From Spirochaetota bacterium (GTDB lineage: Bacteria; Spirochaetota; UBA4802; JAFGDQ01), in NCBI GenBank assembly GCA_043803405.1, contig JAZDKB010000019.1:352001-416000 (forward strand): DNA of 64,000 nt, read 5' to 3'. Numbering within the stretch: the first letter of the stretch is position 1; every line of letters begins with the position of its first letter. A program made the translations under genes and the position numbers. The notes below the pieces were generated by a model, which saw only the letters and a program-made list of their open reading frames with translations, did not search any database and was not told the DNA's origin. Below, piece by piece: positions 9,928 to 20,211 of the stretch.

Positions 9928-10163
9928 GATTTTCCTTCTTATGACCGATATTTCAAGGCAGGGTGAATTAATACACTGCCTTGTTATATACATCGGAATA
10001 TTTAAAAAAAGCATAATAAATTTTTTTAATGAGACATAAATTTTTTTTTCAATATTTGAATGCTAAATCATTAAAATAGCCAGCCGGGTCTGGCATAAAT
10101 GTATTGAAAAATAAACGCCGTTTTTCATTATGTTATTGAGAATAATTATTTTACGAGGCCAAT

Positions 10164-11468
10164 ATGATTTTTAATAAAGAATACGAAACTATGCCGGAAA
10201 AGAAGATGAAAGAGCTTCAGCTTGAACGGCTTAAGTGGTCAATTAATCACGCATATAACAATAATTCATTTTTTAAAAAAAAGTATGATGAAGCCGGTTT
10301 TAATCCTGCTCAGCTTAAATCCCTTGAAGATGTAAAAAGAATACCTTTTTTAACAAAAGACGACATGAGGAATAATTATCCTTTCGGGCTATTTGCTGTT
10401 CCTCTGGACAAGGTCGTCAGGGTGCATGCGTCGTCGGGAACAACCGGTAAACCAACGGTAGTAGGGTACACAAAAAACGATATAGAAGTATTTTCCGAAG
10501 TAATGGCAAGAGGGCTGGCATGCTGCGGCGCAACGGAAAAGGATATTATACAGGTTGCATTTGGTTACGGGCTGTTTACAGGCGGGCTGGGCTATCATTA
10601 CGGCGCAGAAAGGCTTGGCGCCATGGTAGTACCCACTTCGAGCGGGAATTCCGAGAGACAGCTGACTTTAATTCAGGATTTCGGCACTACTATGATCGCC
10701 TGTACACCGTCGTATATTTTAAATGTTGCTGATCATATAGAAAGAAAGAGGCCGGATTACAATATAAGAGCTACAAAGCTAAGACGCGGAGTATTCGGCG
10801 CAGAGCCGTGGTCTGAGGGCATGAGAAAAGAAATTGAATCGCGGCTCGGCATTGAGGCTTTCGATCTGTACGGGCTTAGCGAGATTATCGGGCCTGGAGT
10901 ATCTTCCGAATGTTCACATAAACCCGGCATGCATGTTTTTGAGGATCATTTTTATCCTGAGGTCATTGATCCGGAAACAGGCGAAGTTTTGCCGGAGGGA
11001 GAGAAGGGCGAGATAGTTTTTACGACCCTCACTAAAGAAGCCTTTCCCGGCATTCGTTACAGGACAAGGGATATTTCGCGGCTATACAGGGAAAGCTGCG
11101 AATGCGGCCGCACATATATCAAAATGGAAAAAGTTACAGGCAGAAGCGATGATATGCTTATCATAAAAGGAGTTAACCTGTTCCCGTCGCAGATTGAATC
11201 CGTGCTCATGGAGATTGAGGGCACAGAGCCGCATTATCAGATCATTGTGGACAGGAAAGGCGCGCTTGACGAAATTGAGGTTATGGTTGAAGTAGACGAA
11301 AAGCTTTTCTCGGACGAAGTAAAGGTGCTGGATAGCCTGAAGAAAAGGATCAAGGAGAAGTTTAAAAGCGCTCTGAGCATATCGGCAACTATTAATCTGG
11401 TTGAGCCTATGACTATTCCCAGAAGCGAAGGAAAGGCAGTTCGCGTTATTGATAAACGAAAGATATAA
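10164..11468 (+). CDS. paaK: Phenylacetate-CoA ligase
   Basis: [49 protein letters not shown]. Confidence 0.92.
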   Translation: MIFNKEYETMPEKKMKELQLERLKWSINHAYNNNSFFKKKYDEAGFNPAQLKSLEDVKRIPFLTKDDMRNNYPFGLFAVPLDKVVRVHASSGTTGKPTVVGYTKNDIEVFSEVMARGLACCGATEKDIIQVAFGYGLFTGGLGYHYGAERLGAMVVPTSSGNSERQLTLIQDFGTTMIACTPSYILNVADHIERKRPDYNIRATKLRRGVFGAEPWSEGMRKEIESRLGIEAFDLYGLSEIIGPGVSSECSHKPGMHVFEDHFYPEVIDPETGEVLPEGEKGEIVFTTLTKEAFPGIRYRTRDISRLYRESCECGRTYIKMEKVTGRSDDMLIIKGVNLFPSQIESVLMEIEGTEPHYQIIVDRKGALDEIEVMVEVDEKLFSDEVKVLDSLKKRIKEKFKSALSISATINLVEPMTIPRSEGKAVRVIDKRKI

Positions 11469-11486
11469 CTTTAAGGGAGGAAAATT

Positions 11487-11918
11487 ATGATAGTTAAGCA
11501 AATTTCAGTTTTTATGGAAAATAAACCCGGGCACCTGGAGAATATTCTTAAAGTGCTGGCTGATAACGATATAAACGTTCTTACTGTTACGGTAGCGGAT
11601 ATGTCCAACTTCGGAATACTGAGGCTGATTGTAAATGATCTGGAAAAGGCAAAGAGCGTTTTTAAAAAAGCAAATATTACCTGTTCCGTGACCGATCTTT
11701 TGGCAGTTGAACTGAGCGATAAGCCTGGCGCTCTTTGCAAAGCGATTCAGGCTTTTACAAAGCATAGCCTGAATATTGAATATATATACACATTTGGAAG
11801 AAAAAGCGAGGATAACGGCGTAATGTTATTCAGGTTTGAAGATATTGAGGCTGCCAAGAAGGCTATTTCTGCCGAAGGGTACAAAATAATTAAAACGATA
11901 GAAATTTACGGGAAATAA
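11487..11918 (+). CDS. Tandem ACT-domain protein
   Basis: KQISVFMENKPGHL and second repeat DKPGAL...LNIEYIY; usual paaK neighbour. Confidence 0.88.
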   Translation: MIVKQISVFMENKPGHLENILKVLADNDINVLTVTVADMSNFGILRLIVNDLEKAKSVFKKANITCSVTDLLAVELSDKPGALCKAIQAFTKHSLNIEYIYTFGRKSEDNGVMLFRFEDIEAAKKAISAEGYKIIKTIEIYGK

Positions 11919-11921
11919 ATA

Positions 11922-13481
11922 ATGGAAAAGAAAGTTTTACTTGGAAATGAAGCGATCGCACGCGGAGCTTACGAAGCAGGATGCCATGTCGCAACCGCGT
12001 ATCCGGGAACACCGAGCACGGAGATACTTGAAACGATTGCGCGCGATTACAGGGAGATAAAAGCGCAATGGTCGCCTAATGAAAAGGTAGCCATCGAAGT
12101 AGCAGCGGGCGCGTCTATGGCAGGCGCGCGTGTGCTATCTGCTATGAAGCATGTAGGATTCAATGTCGCGGCCGATCCGATATTCACGTTTTCGTATACC
12201 GGAGTAACCGGGGGGTTCGTTATCATCAATGCCGATGATCCCGGTATATGGAGTTCGCAGAATGAGCAGGATAACCGCCATTACGCGCGCGCTGCCAAGC
12301 TGCCCATGCTGGAACCGTCCAGCCCCCAGGAGGCGAAGGATTTTACAAAGCTCGCTTTCGATATTTCGGAACAATTCGACAGGCAGGTTATTATTCGAAT
12401 TACCACGCGTGTTGCGCATTCGCAGGGCATTGTTGAAATTGCAGACAGAAAGGATGTTAAGCTGAAAGATTATGTGAGAGATCCTTTAAAATATGTAATG
12501 CTCCCTGCATACGCGAGAACAAGGCATGCGTTTCTTGAAGAACAGCTGATAAAACTTAAGGACTATTCCAATAAATCGGGTTTAAACCGCATTGAATGGG
12601 CAAATAAAAAGAGGGGCATAATAACGGACAGCATCGCGTATCAGTATGTTAAAGAGACATGTCCGGATGATTCGGTTCTGAAGATCGGCATGGTTTGGCC
12701 TCTGCCGGATGATATGATACATGAGTTTGCCAGAGGAGTTGAAGAATTATATATAGTAGAAGAACTCGATCCGTTTATCGAGGATTATGTAAGAGCTTTG
12801 GGTTACAAACCCAAAGGAAAGGAAATAATTCCTATTTGCGGCGAGCTGACCCCGGATATTGTCGACAAAGCCCTGAACGGAAAGATTAGTCCGCGTAGAT
12901 CGCAGGAGTACTCGACAAGTCCTTTGCCACCAAGGCCGCCTATGCTTTGCAAGGGGTGCCCGCACGGTTATGTTTTTCAGGTGCTCAAAAAGCTCGACCT
13001 TACCGTGAATGGCGATATAGGCTGCTACAGCCTGGGCACGCTTCCGCCGTATTCCGCTATGCATACAGAGGGCTGCATGGGCGCGAGCATTGGAGTGCAC
13101 CTGGGATTTGAAAAAGCGCGCGGCCGCGATATGGCTAAAAAGTGCGTTGCGGTTATAGGGGATTCTACTTTTGTGCATTCGGGTATTACGCCGCTTATAG
13201 ATCTGGTTTACAATAAAGGCACCGGCACAGTAATAATTCTGGATAACCGGAGCACTGCCATGACCGGGCATCAGGATCATCCTGCTACAGGGAAGACGCT
13301 GATGGGCGAGGATACTCACGAGCTCGACCTGGCGCTCCTTGTAAAGGCTGTCGGAGTAAAGCGGGTCGTTGTCGCTGATCCAAAAGATATAGAGAACTTT
13401 GAGAGGATCGTTAAAGAAGAAGTTGAAGCTCCTGAGCCATCTGTAATTATCTCCAATAGAAAGTGCATTTTAAAGAGGTAG
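11922..13481 (+). CDS. iorA: Indolepyruvate:ferredoxin oxidoreductase alpha subunit
   Basis: LLGNEAIARG, YPGTPSTE, MKHVG, LCKGCPH, GDIGCY, GDSTFVHSG, TAMTGHQ. Confidence 0.93.
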   Translation: MEKKVLLGNEAIARGAYEAGCHVATAYPGTPSTEILETIARDYREIKAQWSPNEKVAIEVAAGASMAGARVLSAMKHVGFNVAADPIFTFSYTGVTGGFVIINADDPGIWSSQNEQDNRHYARAAKLPMLEPSSPQEAKDFTKLAFDISEQFDRQVIIRITTRVAHSQGIVEIADRKDVKLKDYVRDPLKYVMLPAYARTRHAFLEEQLIKLKDYSNKSGLNRIEWANKKRGIITDSIAYQYVKETCPDDSVLKIGMVWPLPDDMIHEFARGVEELYIVEELDPFIEDYVRALGYKPKGKEIIPICGELTPDIVDKALNGKISPRRSQEYSTSPLPPRPPMLCKGCPHGYVFQVLKKLDLTVNGDIGCYSLGTLPPYSAMHTEGCMGASIGVHLGFEKARGRDMAKKCVAVIGDSTFVHSGITPLIDLVYNKGTGTVIILDNRSTAMTGHQDHPATGKTLMGEDTHELDLALLVKAVGVKRVVVADPKDIENFERIVKEEVEAPEPSVIISNRKCILKR

Positions 13482-13483
13482 AC

Positions 13484-14068
13484 ATGATAAAGAACGTGAT
13501 TTTTGCAGGAGTAGGGGGCCAGGGCGTTATACTTGCAAGCAAGCTGTTAATGGAAACCGCGATGAATGCGGGCTTTGACGTAAAGGAATCGGAAGTGCAC
13601 GGGATGGCGCAGCGCGGCGGCAGCGTGGACTGTCATGTCCGTTTTGGTGATAAAGTATATTCCCCACTTATACCGTTCGGCAAGGCAGATTTTGTTGTAG
13701 GCCTTGAGCTTCTCGAGTCTATGCGCAAGCTCGATTATCTCGCGCGTGACGGTAAAATGATAGTCAACCGTGAGCGGATCGATCCTGCACCTGTTCAGCT
13801 CGGCGCAATGAAATATCCTGAGGATATTGAAGCGTGGATATTAAAGAATGCGGCAGGGAGCATGGTTGTCGATACGGCAGGCGCGCTTAAAGAAGTCGGT
13901 TCTTCAAGGGCGCTTAATATTGTAATGCTCGGCGTGCTTTCGCGTTTTCTGGATTTTGAATACGGGCGCTGGGAGGCATCCTTAAAAGCTCTTGTGAAAA
14001 AAAACTCTCTTGAGATGAATATCAGGGCTTTTAATATAGGCAGGGAACTTGCAGGAAATTTAAAATAA
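13484..14068 (+). CDS. iorB: Indolepyruvate:ferredoxin oxidoreductase beta subunit
   Basis: GVGGQGVIL, SEVHGMAQRGGSV, NIVMLG; ATG at 13484 after GAGG. Confidence 0.93.
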   Translation: MIKNVIFAGVGGQGVILASKLLMETAMNAGFDVKESEVHGMAQRGGSVDCHVRFGDKVYSPLIPFGKADFVVGLELLESMRKLDYLARDGKMIVNRERIDPAPVQLGAMKYPEDIEAWILKNAAGSMVVDTAGALKEVGSSRALNIVMLGVLSRFLDFEYGRWEASLKALVKKNSLEMNIRAFNIGRELAGNLK

Positions 14069-14082
14069 GATAAGTAAAATAA

Positions 14083-14484
14083 TTATCCTTTTTTGCTCCA
14101 GTTCTCAATTACTAAACCTTCGATTCGCTCGAAATGTTTTTCGTTGTTTGTCACTAAAATTAAATTGTGAGCAAGGGCTGTTGATGCGAGTATTAGATCG
14201 AAATCATCCAGTGACTTTCCTGATTTTTCCTGTTTTGATTTTAAAATTCCGAAGATTTCAGCTGTTTCAATACCGATAGGTATTTTTTCGATGTTGTTAT
14301 CAATAGTTTTTATTTTTGCCAGATTACTTTCAATTCTCTGCGATTTGTATGCTCCATAATATAGTTCCATTAATGTAACAATGCTGATCTTAATAGGATC
14401 GTTAATATGTATTTGCAGATTTTCAACGACTGTTTTGTTTCCTTTCAAGCTATAAATGATGATATCGGAATCGAGCAGATACAT
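14083..14484 (-). CDS. vapC: VapC-family PIN toxin
   Basis: MYLLDSDIII, ELYYGA, DFDLILASTALAHNLILVTNNEKHF. Confidence 0.92.
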   Translation of the reverse strand: MYLLDSDIIIYSLKGNKTVVENLQIHINDPIKISIVTLMELYYGAYKSQRIESNLAKIKTIDNNIEKIPIGIETAEIFGILKSKQEKSGKSLDDFDLILASTALAHNLILVTNNEKHFERIEGLVIENWSKKG

Positions 14485-14756
14485 TAGAAACCTTTATTAA
14501 ATTTTTTTGAATTTATTCTGGTTTTTTTAATTTCATTAATAATAGCATCTGCTTTTCTTGTATCATTCCATGAGCCGGATAATTCAAGTAATGTTTGCGC
14601 GGGACTTTTTGTCTTTTCTAATTGTTTTTCTTTTGACAGATATGCTTTTATTAAAAATAAAACCTGTTGACTAACTGATCTGTTTTCAGAGGCAGCCATT
14701 TTTTTTATTTTTGAATAGAATTTGTCTTCAATACCCTTGATTTGTAAATTAGCCAC
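14484..14756 (-). CDS. FitA/VapB-like ribbon-helix-helix antitoxin
   Basis: GTG start with AAGGAG; ANLQIKGIEDKFYSKIKKMAASENRSVSQQV; stop overlaps the vapC start. Confidence 0.8.
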   Translation of the reverse strand: MANLQIKGIEDKFYSKIKKMAASENRSVSQQVLFLIKAYLSKEKQLEKTKSPAQTLLELSGSWNDTRKADAIINEIKKTRINSKKFNKGF

Positions 14757-14780
14757 TATTGTATGCTCCTTTTTTATCTT

Positions 14781-14815
14781 CATGAAAATGTAAGCATTTA
14801 GCATGAAAATAGCAA
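14781..14815 (-). promoter_or_regulatory. Putative sigma70 promoter and operator of the VapBC pair
   Basis: TTGCTA-17-TACATT overlapped by direct repeats attttcatg (14781-14789, 14802-14810). Confidence 0.5.
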
Positions 14816-14837
14816 TCAATTTTTTTGTATTTTTCTT

Positions 14838-16121
14838 TTATTGTTTTATCAGCTCTCTTCTGAGCATTTCCATAGCCATCATTGAAAACCAGCGCTTGTT
14901 CATTTGCCTGCGCCCGTATGATGCGCTGAGCCTGCTGTAAGGCGAGACCCAATGCTTTGCGGCTGTACCTTGCGGTGTCGCCAGCCCGACGCAAATTGTG
15001 CCTACAGGCTTTTCGGCAGTGCCCCCGTCCGGGCCAGCAATCCCGCTTGTTGCCAGCCCGTAGGTCGCGCCTGTTATACGACGTGCAGCATCTGCCATTT
15101 CGCGCACTGTTTCCTCGCTTACTGCCCCGAAGCGGTTTATTGTATCAGGATTAACGCCCAGAACGCGTATCTTTGCTTCGTTCGAATAGGTCACGCCCGA
15201 GAAAAGAAAGTAGCCCGAACTTCCGGGAACGCTGGTAATTAAATCCGATATCATACCGCCTGTGCAGCTTTCGGCTATTGCAAGGGTTGCGGCCCTGCTT
15301 TGAAGCAGGCTGCCGAGCATTTGTTCCATAGTGGTTCCATCATAAGAAATAATATTAGGGCCTATTTGATCTTTAACCCATTCAGTGGCTCGGGCTAAAA
15401 TTTCTTCCATTTTTTCTTTGTTGTCGCCGCGAATATAAAGCTTTACAAGTGTTTCAGGGAAGGTGGCTCTAAGCCCAAGTTTAATCTCTTTGAATTTATC
15501 CATAACAGCCGCTACCTTTTCGCCTACGACCGATTCTCCAAGTCCGATTGTGGAAATTGTTTTTACAATGCTGTGCTGATGCTTGTCTCCCTGAAGCTGT
15601 ATTATGGACGGAATCACATGGTCTGTGAGCATCTTTTTCATTTCAAACGGGACGCCCGGCATAAAATAAAAATTGCAGCGTTCTATTTTTATTGAGAACC
15701 CGGGAGCTGTGCCTACAGGGTTTGTAAAAATAGTTGAACCTTCAGGAAAATAGGCCTGCTTCTCATTTGATTTAGTCATTGGGCGCTGGAACTTTTTAAA
15801 AATCGCGCGTATGTTTTCGAGCGATTCCTCGTGAAGCAAAAGTTTTACTCCGGCAACCTTGGCGGCTGCTTCCGAAGAAAGATCGTCAGTTGTGGGCCCA
15901 AGTCCGCCGGTCACAAGAGCAATGTCCGCCCGCACGCTGATCTCGCGCAGAATGTCCGTCAAAACCGGCATATCATCGCCGCATGAATGGTGCCTCACTA
16001 CCTCGATACCTATTTCCTCAAGCTTATCTGCTATATATGCCGTGTTGCTGTCAACCAGGGCGCCCGAGCGGATCTCATCGCCTGTCGAGAGTAGTTCTGC
16101 TTTCATATCCATATCCTGCAA
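14838..16121 (-). CDS. cinA: CinA-like protein (MoCF domain + NMN deamidase PncC domain)
   Basis: GDEIRSG..VDSN, TGGLGPTTDDL, PGVPFEM, AESCTGG, SGIAGPDGG. Confidence 0.93.
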   Translation of the reverse strand: MQDMDMKAELLSTGDEIRSGALVDSNTAYIADKLEEIGIEVVRHHSCGDDMPVLTDILREISVRADIALVTGGLGPTTDDLSSEAAAKVAGVKLLLHEESLENIRAIFKKFQRPMTKSNEKQAYFPEGSTIFTNPVGTAPGFSIKIERCNFYFMPGVPFEMKKMLTDHVIPSIIQLQGDKHQHSIVKTISTIGLGESVVGEKVAAVMDKFKEIKLGLRATFPETLVKLYIRGDNKEKMEEILARATEWVKDQIGPNIISYDGTTMEQMLGSLLQSRAATLAIAESCTGGMISDLITSVPGSSGYFLFSGVTYSNEAKIRVLGVNPDTINRFGAVSEETVREMADAARRITGATYGLATSGIAGPDGGTAEKPVGTICVGLATPQGTAAKHWVSPYSRLSASYGRRQMNKRWFSMMAMEMLRRELIKQ

Positions 16122-16184
16122 TTTTCTTTAAAATATTTTTGTAATAAAACTGCTATGTTTACAAAAATGGTAATTTAAAATATT

Positions 16185-19100
16185 TTATAAAGGCTCATCC
16201 GGAGTTTGGGATTTATCCAGCATTTTTCTGATCTTTCTTAACAGATCAACCGGGGCCAGCGGCTTTGGAATAAAATTAATTTCTATATCGCCGACTCCCT
16301 TTTGCTGAATAATATCGTGGGTATATCCGCTTACAAAAAGAACAGGCACATGGGGAGAAATAAAACGGATGCGGTCATAAACCTCTTTCCCATTCATCTC
16401 CGGCATAACCACGTCCATAACGATCAGGTCGATGTTATCTTTATTTGCAATGAACTTGCGCAATGCGTCCGCGCCGTCGATCCCTTCTATGACCGAATAG
16501 CCGGCCTGGGTGAGAGTCAGCCTGGAAAGCATGCGCACATGCGGATCATCCTCGGCAAGAAGGATGGTCTCGGAGCCGCCGGCAGGGTATTCCTCTTTGT
16601 GCGCAACTTCTTCATCTTTTATATTTATTAAAGGCAGATAAATATTGAACGTTGTCCCAATACCGGGCTCGCTGTACACATTGATGTAGCCGATATGCTG
16701 TTTTACAATGCCGTATACTGTTGACAAGCCGAGTCCTGTTCCCTTCCCGACTTCCTTTGTTGTGAAAAAAGGATCGAAGATGTGCTCCATCGTTTTGGCA
16801 TCCATCCCAATGCCTGTGTCCGAAACTGTTATAAGCACATAGGAGCCCTTTCTGCCGAAAGCGTGAACTTCTATGTATTCATCATTCATATCGAAACGCC
16901 TTGTCTCGATTACAAGCGATCCGCCGCCTGGCATTGCGTCGCGCGCATTGGTTGCAAGGTTCATCAGCATCTGGTCTATTTGGGTTGCGTCCGCCAGCAC
17001 CATAAGGTTTTTGCCTGAAACGCGTATGTCGAGAGCAATATCTTCCCCGACAAGCCTTGATAATATATTTCCGGTTTCCTTTATTTTATTGTTTATATTG
17101 AGCGGCTTGGGTTCCAGTATCTGTTTTCTGCTGAATGTAAGGAGGCTTTTTGTAAGGTCTGCCGCTTTTTTTGACGAGGCAATGATCTCATCCACGTACA
17201 CCATAAAAGGATCGTCCTGTTTTAACTTGCTCTTCATGAGCGATCCGTACCCGGTAATGACTGTGAGAATATTATTGAAGTCGTGAGCCACCCCGCCTGC
17301 GAGAGTTCCTATGGCTTCCATTTTGAGAGCCTGGATAAGCTGGGATTCCAGCTGCTTGCGTTCCGTAATATCTTCAAGATTGCCCTCATAGTAGGCGACC
17401 TTCCCGCTCGCGTCTTTTACGACACGTGCATTAATTGAGACCCATATTTTACTTTTGTCTTTTGTGTAAAATTGTGTTTCGAATCTTTCCGCATAACCCT
17501 GATCCTCAAAGAGCTTTTTAAGGCGCATGCGGTCTTCATTGTTTACATAAAGCTCCCTTCCGATATCGCTGAATGCCTTTATCCCCTCTTCAATGGATTC
17601 ATAGCCGCAGATGTGCGCCATGGCCATATTGGCGCCAAGGACTCGTCCGTCCGGCGTAGTCTGAAAAATGCCCATGACCGAGTTCTCAAAGATTGTGCGG
17701 TATTTTTCTTCGCTCTTTCTGAGAGCTTCTTCGGTTCTTTTTTGTTCGGTAATATCCTCAACAATGCCTTCCAGGTATGTCTCGCCGTATTTAGGCGAAA
17801 CTTTGCGTATAGCCAGCTTTCCTGTCATTATGCTTTTGTCTTTTCTAATGTATGGCTGTTCGGAGTAATACCACTCGTCGTGTTCAAGCCCTGTGAGAAG
17901 CGCTGCGCGGTTTTTCGGATCAGCATGTATCTGCGTCGCAGTGTTCGTAATGGTGGCAATAACTTCTTCGGGCGATTCGTAACCTAGCATGGTGGCAAAG
18001 GCTTTGTTGATACGAAGGAACCTGCTTCCGGATAACGTCGATTGAAACATGCCGATTGATGCGTTTTCAAACAGGTTCCTGTATCTTTCTTCGTTGTCCA
18101 AAAGGGCTTTCTCAGCTTCAACACGCGATGTGATGTCGTCTACCGTTCCCTCGTAATACATTATATTGTGCTGAGAATCATATACAACGCGGGCGTTAAC
18201 GGACACCCATGCAGTGCTCCCGTCCTTTTTACGGAACTGTGCCTTGAAGCCTTCGATAAAACCGTCGCGCTCCAGAATCCTTTTGAATTCTTCACGGTCT
18301 ACGGGATTGACATACAGCTGTTTGTTGATATTTGTTAAAGCGCTAATTGCTTCCTGCGGAGAATTGTAACCGCAAATGCGCGCCATAGCCATGTTGGCGC
18401 TTATAGCATTTCCCTTCGGTGATGTCTGAAAAATTCCCATGACTGCGTTGTCGAAAATGGTGCGGTATTTAGCTTCGCTTTGTCTAAGTGTCTCTTCTGC
18501 CTGTTTTCTTTCCTTCTCCTGCCTGTCTCTCTGCAGACGGGCGTGCAGTATTGAAGCCACGTAGTCGGAAATATCTTTCAGGAAATTTGCATCATCATCA
18601 ATATATTCCACCGGATTGTTCGCAACGGCGAATAGTCCTATGGTTTCTTTTCCAAAGACGACCGGCACTGTAAGGAAATTATCAATATGAACATGTCCTT
18701 CCGGTATGTTAAATGGACCGTTCGAGAGATAAGATTTTTTTTCCCTGATTGCCCGTCCCCACATACTTTCGCCCCATGTTGATGACGGGAAATGCGCTGA
18801 TTTACCGTCCATCTGGCATTCGCTCCAGATAGTTTTACTCAGGCTTGGAATGATAAAATCGCCGATTTCATCTATGTATCCGAACAGGCCGAACTGGCTT
18901 CTGGTTGTCTGCATCACAATCTGCAGCACTTCGTTGTACATGTCCTCATCGGACACGGACAAGAATGCCTTTGCTATCCGGTTCATCATTTTCGTATTCG
19001 TTTCGGATTTACGGCATTCTTCTTCGAGACGTTTGCGGTCTGTAATGTCCTCTACCGTCCCTTCGTAATAGAGAATATTCCCGTCAGTGTCCCTTTCTGC

Positions 19101-19880
19101 CCTGGAATTCATGGATATCCAGACTTTATTTTTATCTTTTTTGTAGAATTGCGCTTCATACTTATAGGCAATGTTTTGTTTCTCCAGGATATGCTTTAGC
19201 CGTATGCGGTCTTTCGGATTCACATACATTAACTTTTGTATATCCGTCATTGTTTCAATTAATTCTCCGGGAGAACCGTACCCGAATATTCCCGCAAGGG
19301 CAGGATTTACCATTAAAAAGCGTCCTTCGGGTGTGGACTGAAACATGCCTGTGACCGCATTTTCAAAGAGACGGTGATACTTTGCCTCCGCGGCTTTCCT
19401 GTCCGTAATATCGCGCCAAACGATGTGAATTATTAGCCTGCCTCTGAATGGAATGTTGATCAGGGAGACGTCAACTGTGATATATTTTTTTTCGAAAGTG
19501 CGGTGAGTCCATTCAAAACGCAGGTACCCTTCTTTGTCCATCAAAGAGATTATTTTTTTATGTTTATCCCCTGATAATTCTCCGTCGGGTTGTCTTTCAG
19601 GGGATATTTCTAACGGAGTTAATCCAATCAGAAGCTCTTTTTGAGGATATTTGAGTATTTTAAGTGCTGCATCGTTGCAATCAATGAATTGATTATTGTC
19701 CAGTAGCAGCATGGGGTCTGCCGACTTGCTGAAAAGCAGGTGGAATTTCTTTTCGCTTTCTTCAAGGGCTTTTTTAATTTGAGTGATCTTTTCAGGCGGT
19801 TTTTTCTTTGTTTTTGCCTGCTTTTTTTCTTTAAAAGCCTTTTTGTGGGTGTTTTTTTTGTCGGTCTCTCGGCTTTTCAA
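16185..19880 (-). CDS. Cytoplasmic hybrid histidine kinase (about 5 PAS + GAF + HisKA + HATPase + REC)
   Basis: Repeated PAS units (FENAV.G.FQ...YYEG..EDITER), H-box AHDFNNIL, GKGTGLGL, receiver MDVVMP. Confidence 0.93.
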   Translation of the reverse strand: MKSRETDKKNTHKKAFKEKKQAKTKKKPPEKITQIKKALEESEKKFHLLFSKSADPMLLLDNNQFIDCNDAALKILKYPQKELLIGLTPLEISPERQPDGELSGDKHKKIISLMDKEGYLRFEWTHRTFEKKYITVDVSLINIPFRGRLIIHIVWRDITDRKAAEAKYHRLFENAVTGMFQSTPEGRFLMVNPALAGIFGYGSPGELIETMTDIQKLMYVNPKDRIRLKHILEKQNIAYKYEAQFYKKDKNKVWISMNSRAERDTDGNILYYEGTVEDITDRKRLEEECRKSETNTKMMNRIAKAFLSVSDEDMYNEVLQIVMQTTRSQFGLFGYIDEIGDFIIPSLSKTIWSECQMDGKSAHFPSSTWGESMWGRAIREKKSYLSNGPFNIPEGHVHIDNFLTVPVVFGKETIGLFAVANNPVEYIDDDANFLKDISDYVASILHARLQRDRQEKERKQAEETLRQSEAKYRTIFDNAVMGIFQTSPKGNAISANMAMARICGYNSPQEAISALTNINKQLYVNPVDREEFKRILERDGFIEGFKAQFRKKDGSTAWVSVNARVVYDSQHNIMYYEGTVDDITSRVEAEKALLDNEERYRNLFENASIGMFQSTLSGSRFLRINKAFATMLGYESPEEVIATITNTATQIHADPKNRAALLTGLEHDEWYYSEQPYIRKDKSIMTGKLAIRKVSPKYGETYLEGIVEDITEQKRTEEALRKSEEKYRTIFENSVMGIFQTTPDGRVLGANMAMAHICGYESIEEGIKAFSDIGRELYVNNEDRMRLKKLFEDQGYAERFETQFYTKDKSKIWVSINARVVKDASGKVAYYEGNLEDITERKQLESQLIQALKMEAIGTLAGGVAHDFNNILTVITGYGSLMKSKLKQDDPFMVYVDEIIASSKKAADLTKSLLTFSRKQILEPKPLNINNKIKETGNILSRLVGEDIALDIRVSGKNLMVLADATQIDQMLMNLATNARDAMPGGGSLVIETRRFDMNDEYIEVHAFGRKGSYVLITVSDTGIGMDAKTMEHIFDPFFTTKEVGKGTGLGLSTVYGIVKQHIGYINVYSEPGIGTTFNIYLPLINIKDEEVAHKEEYPAGGSETILLAEDDPHVRMLSRLTLTQAGYSVIEGIDGADALRKFIANKDNIDLIVMDVVMPEMNGKEVYDRIRFISPHVPVLFVSGYTHDIIQQKGVGDIEINFIPKPLAPVDLLRKIRKMLDKSQTPDEPL

Positions 19881-20211
19881 TTAACAAACTCCGGCGCTGT
19901 ATTAAAGATAATTGTTATAGAAACTAATTTAAAAAGTCAAATGTATTTTCCGTAGAATTTTTTTAAAACACTGATTTGGATCATATGCGTAATTTTGATC
20001 CCGGATCACCATGCGAAATTAAATTGACTTTAAAAGTTTTGGGCTTTATAATTATAATCGCTTTAAAATATATACCTAATTATTTGATTTATGTAAAAAT
20101 ATTTGTTGCTGCCCTTGAGACAAATAGCCGCGCAGGTATATCCTTTCGAACAGGCGGGAGACAAAGCGAAAGAATATCAAATATGCAGACTGATGAGGCT
20201 AGACAGGCTAT

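Noticed and set aside
10090..10108. Sigma54 promoter (TGGCAT...) upstream of paaK
   Set aside because: The -12 GC dinucleotide is absent at the required spacing
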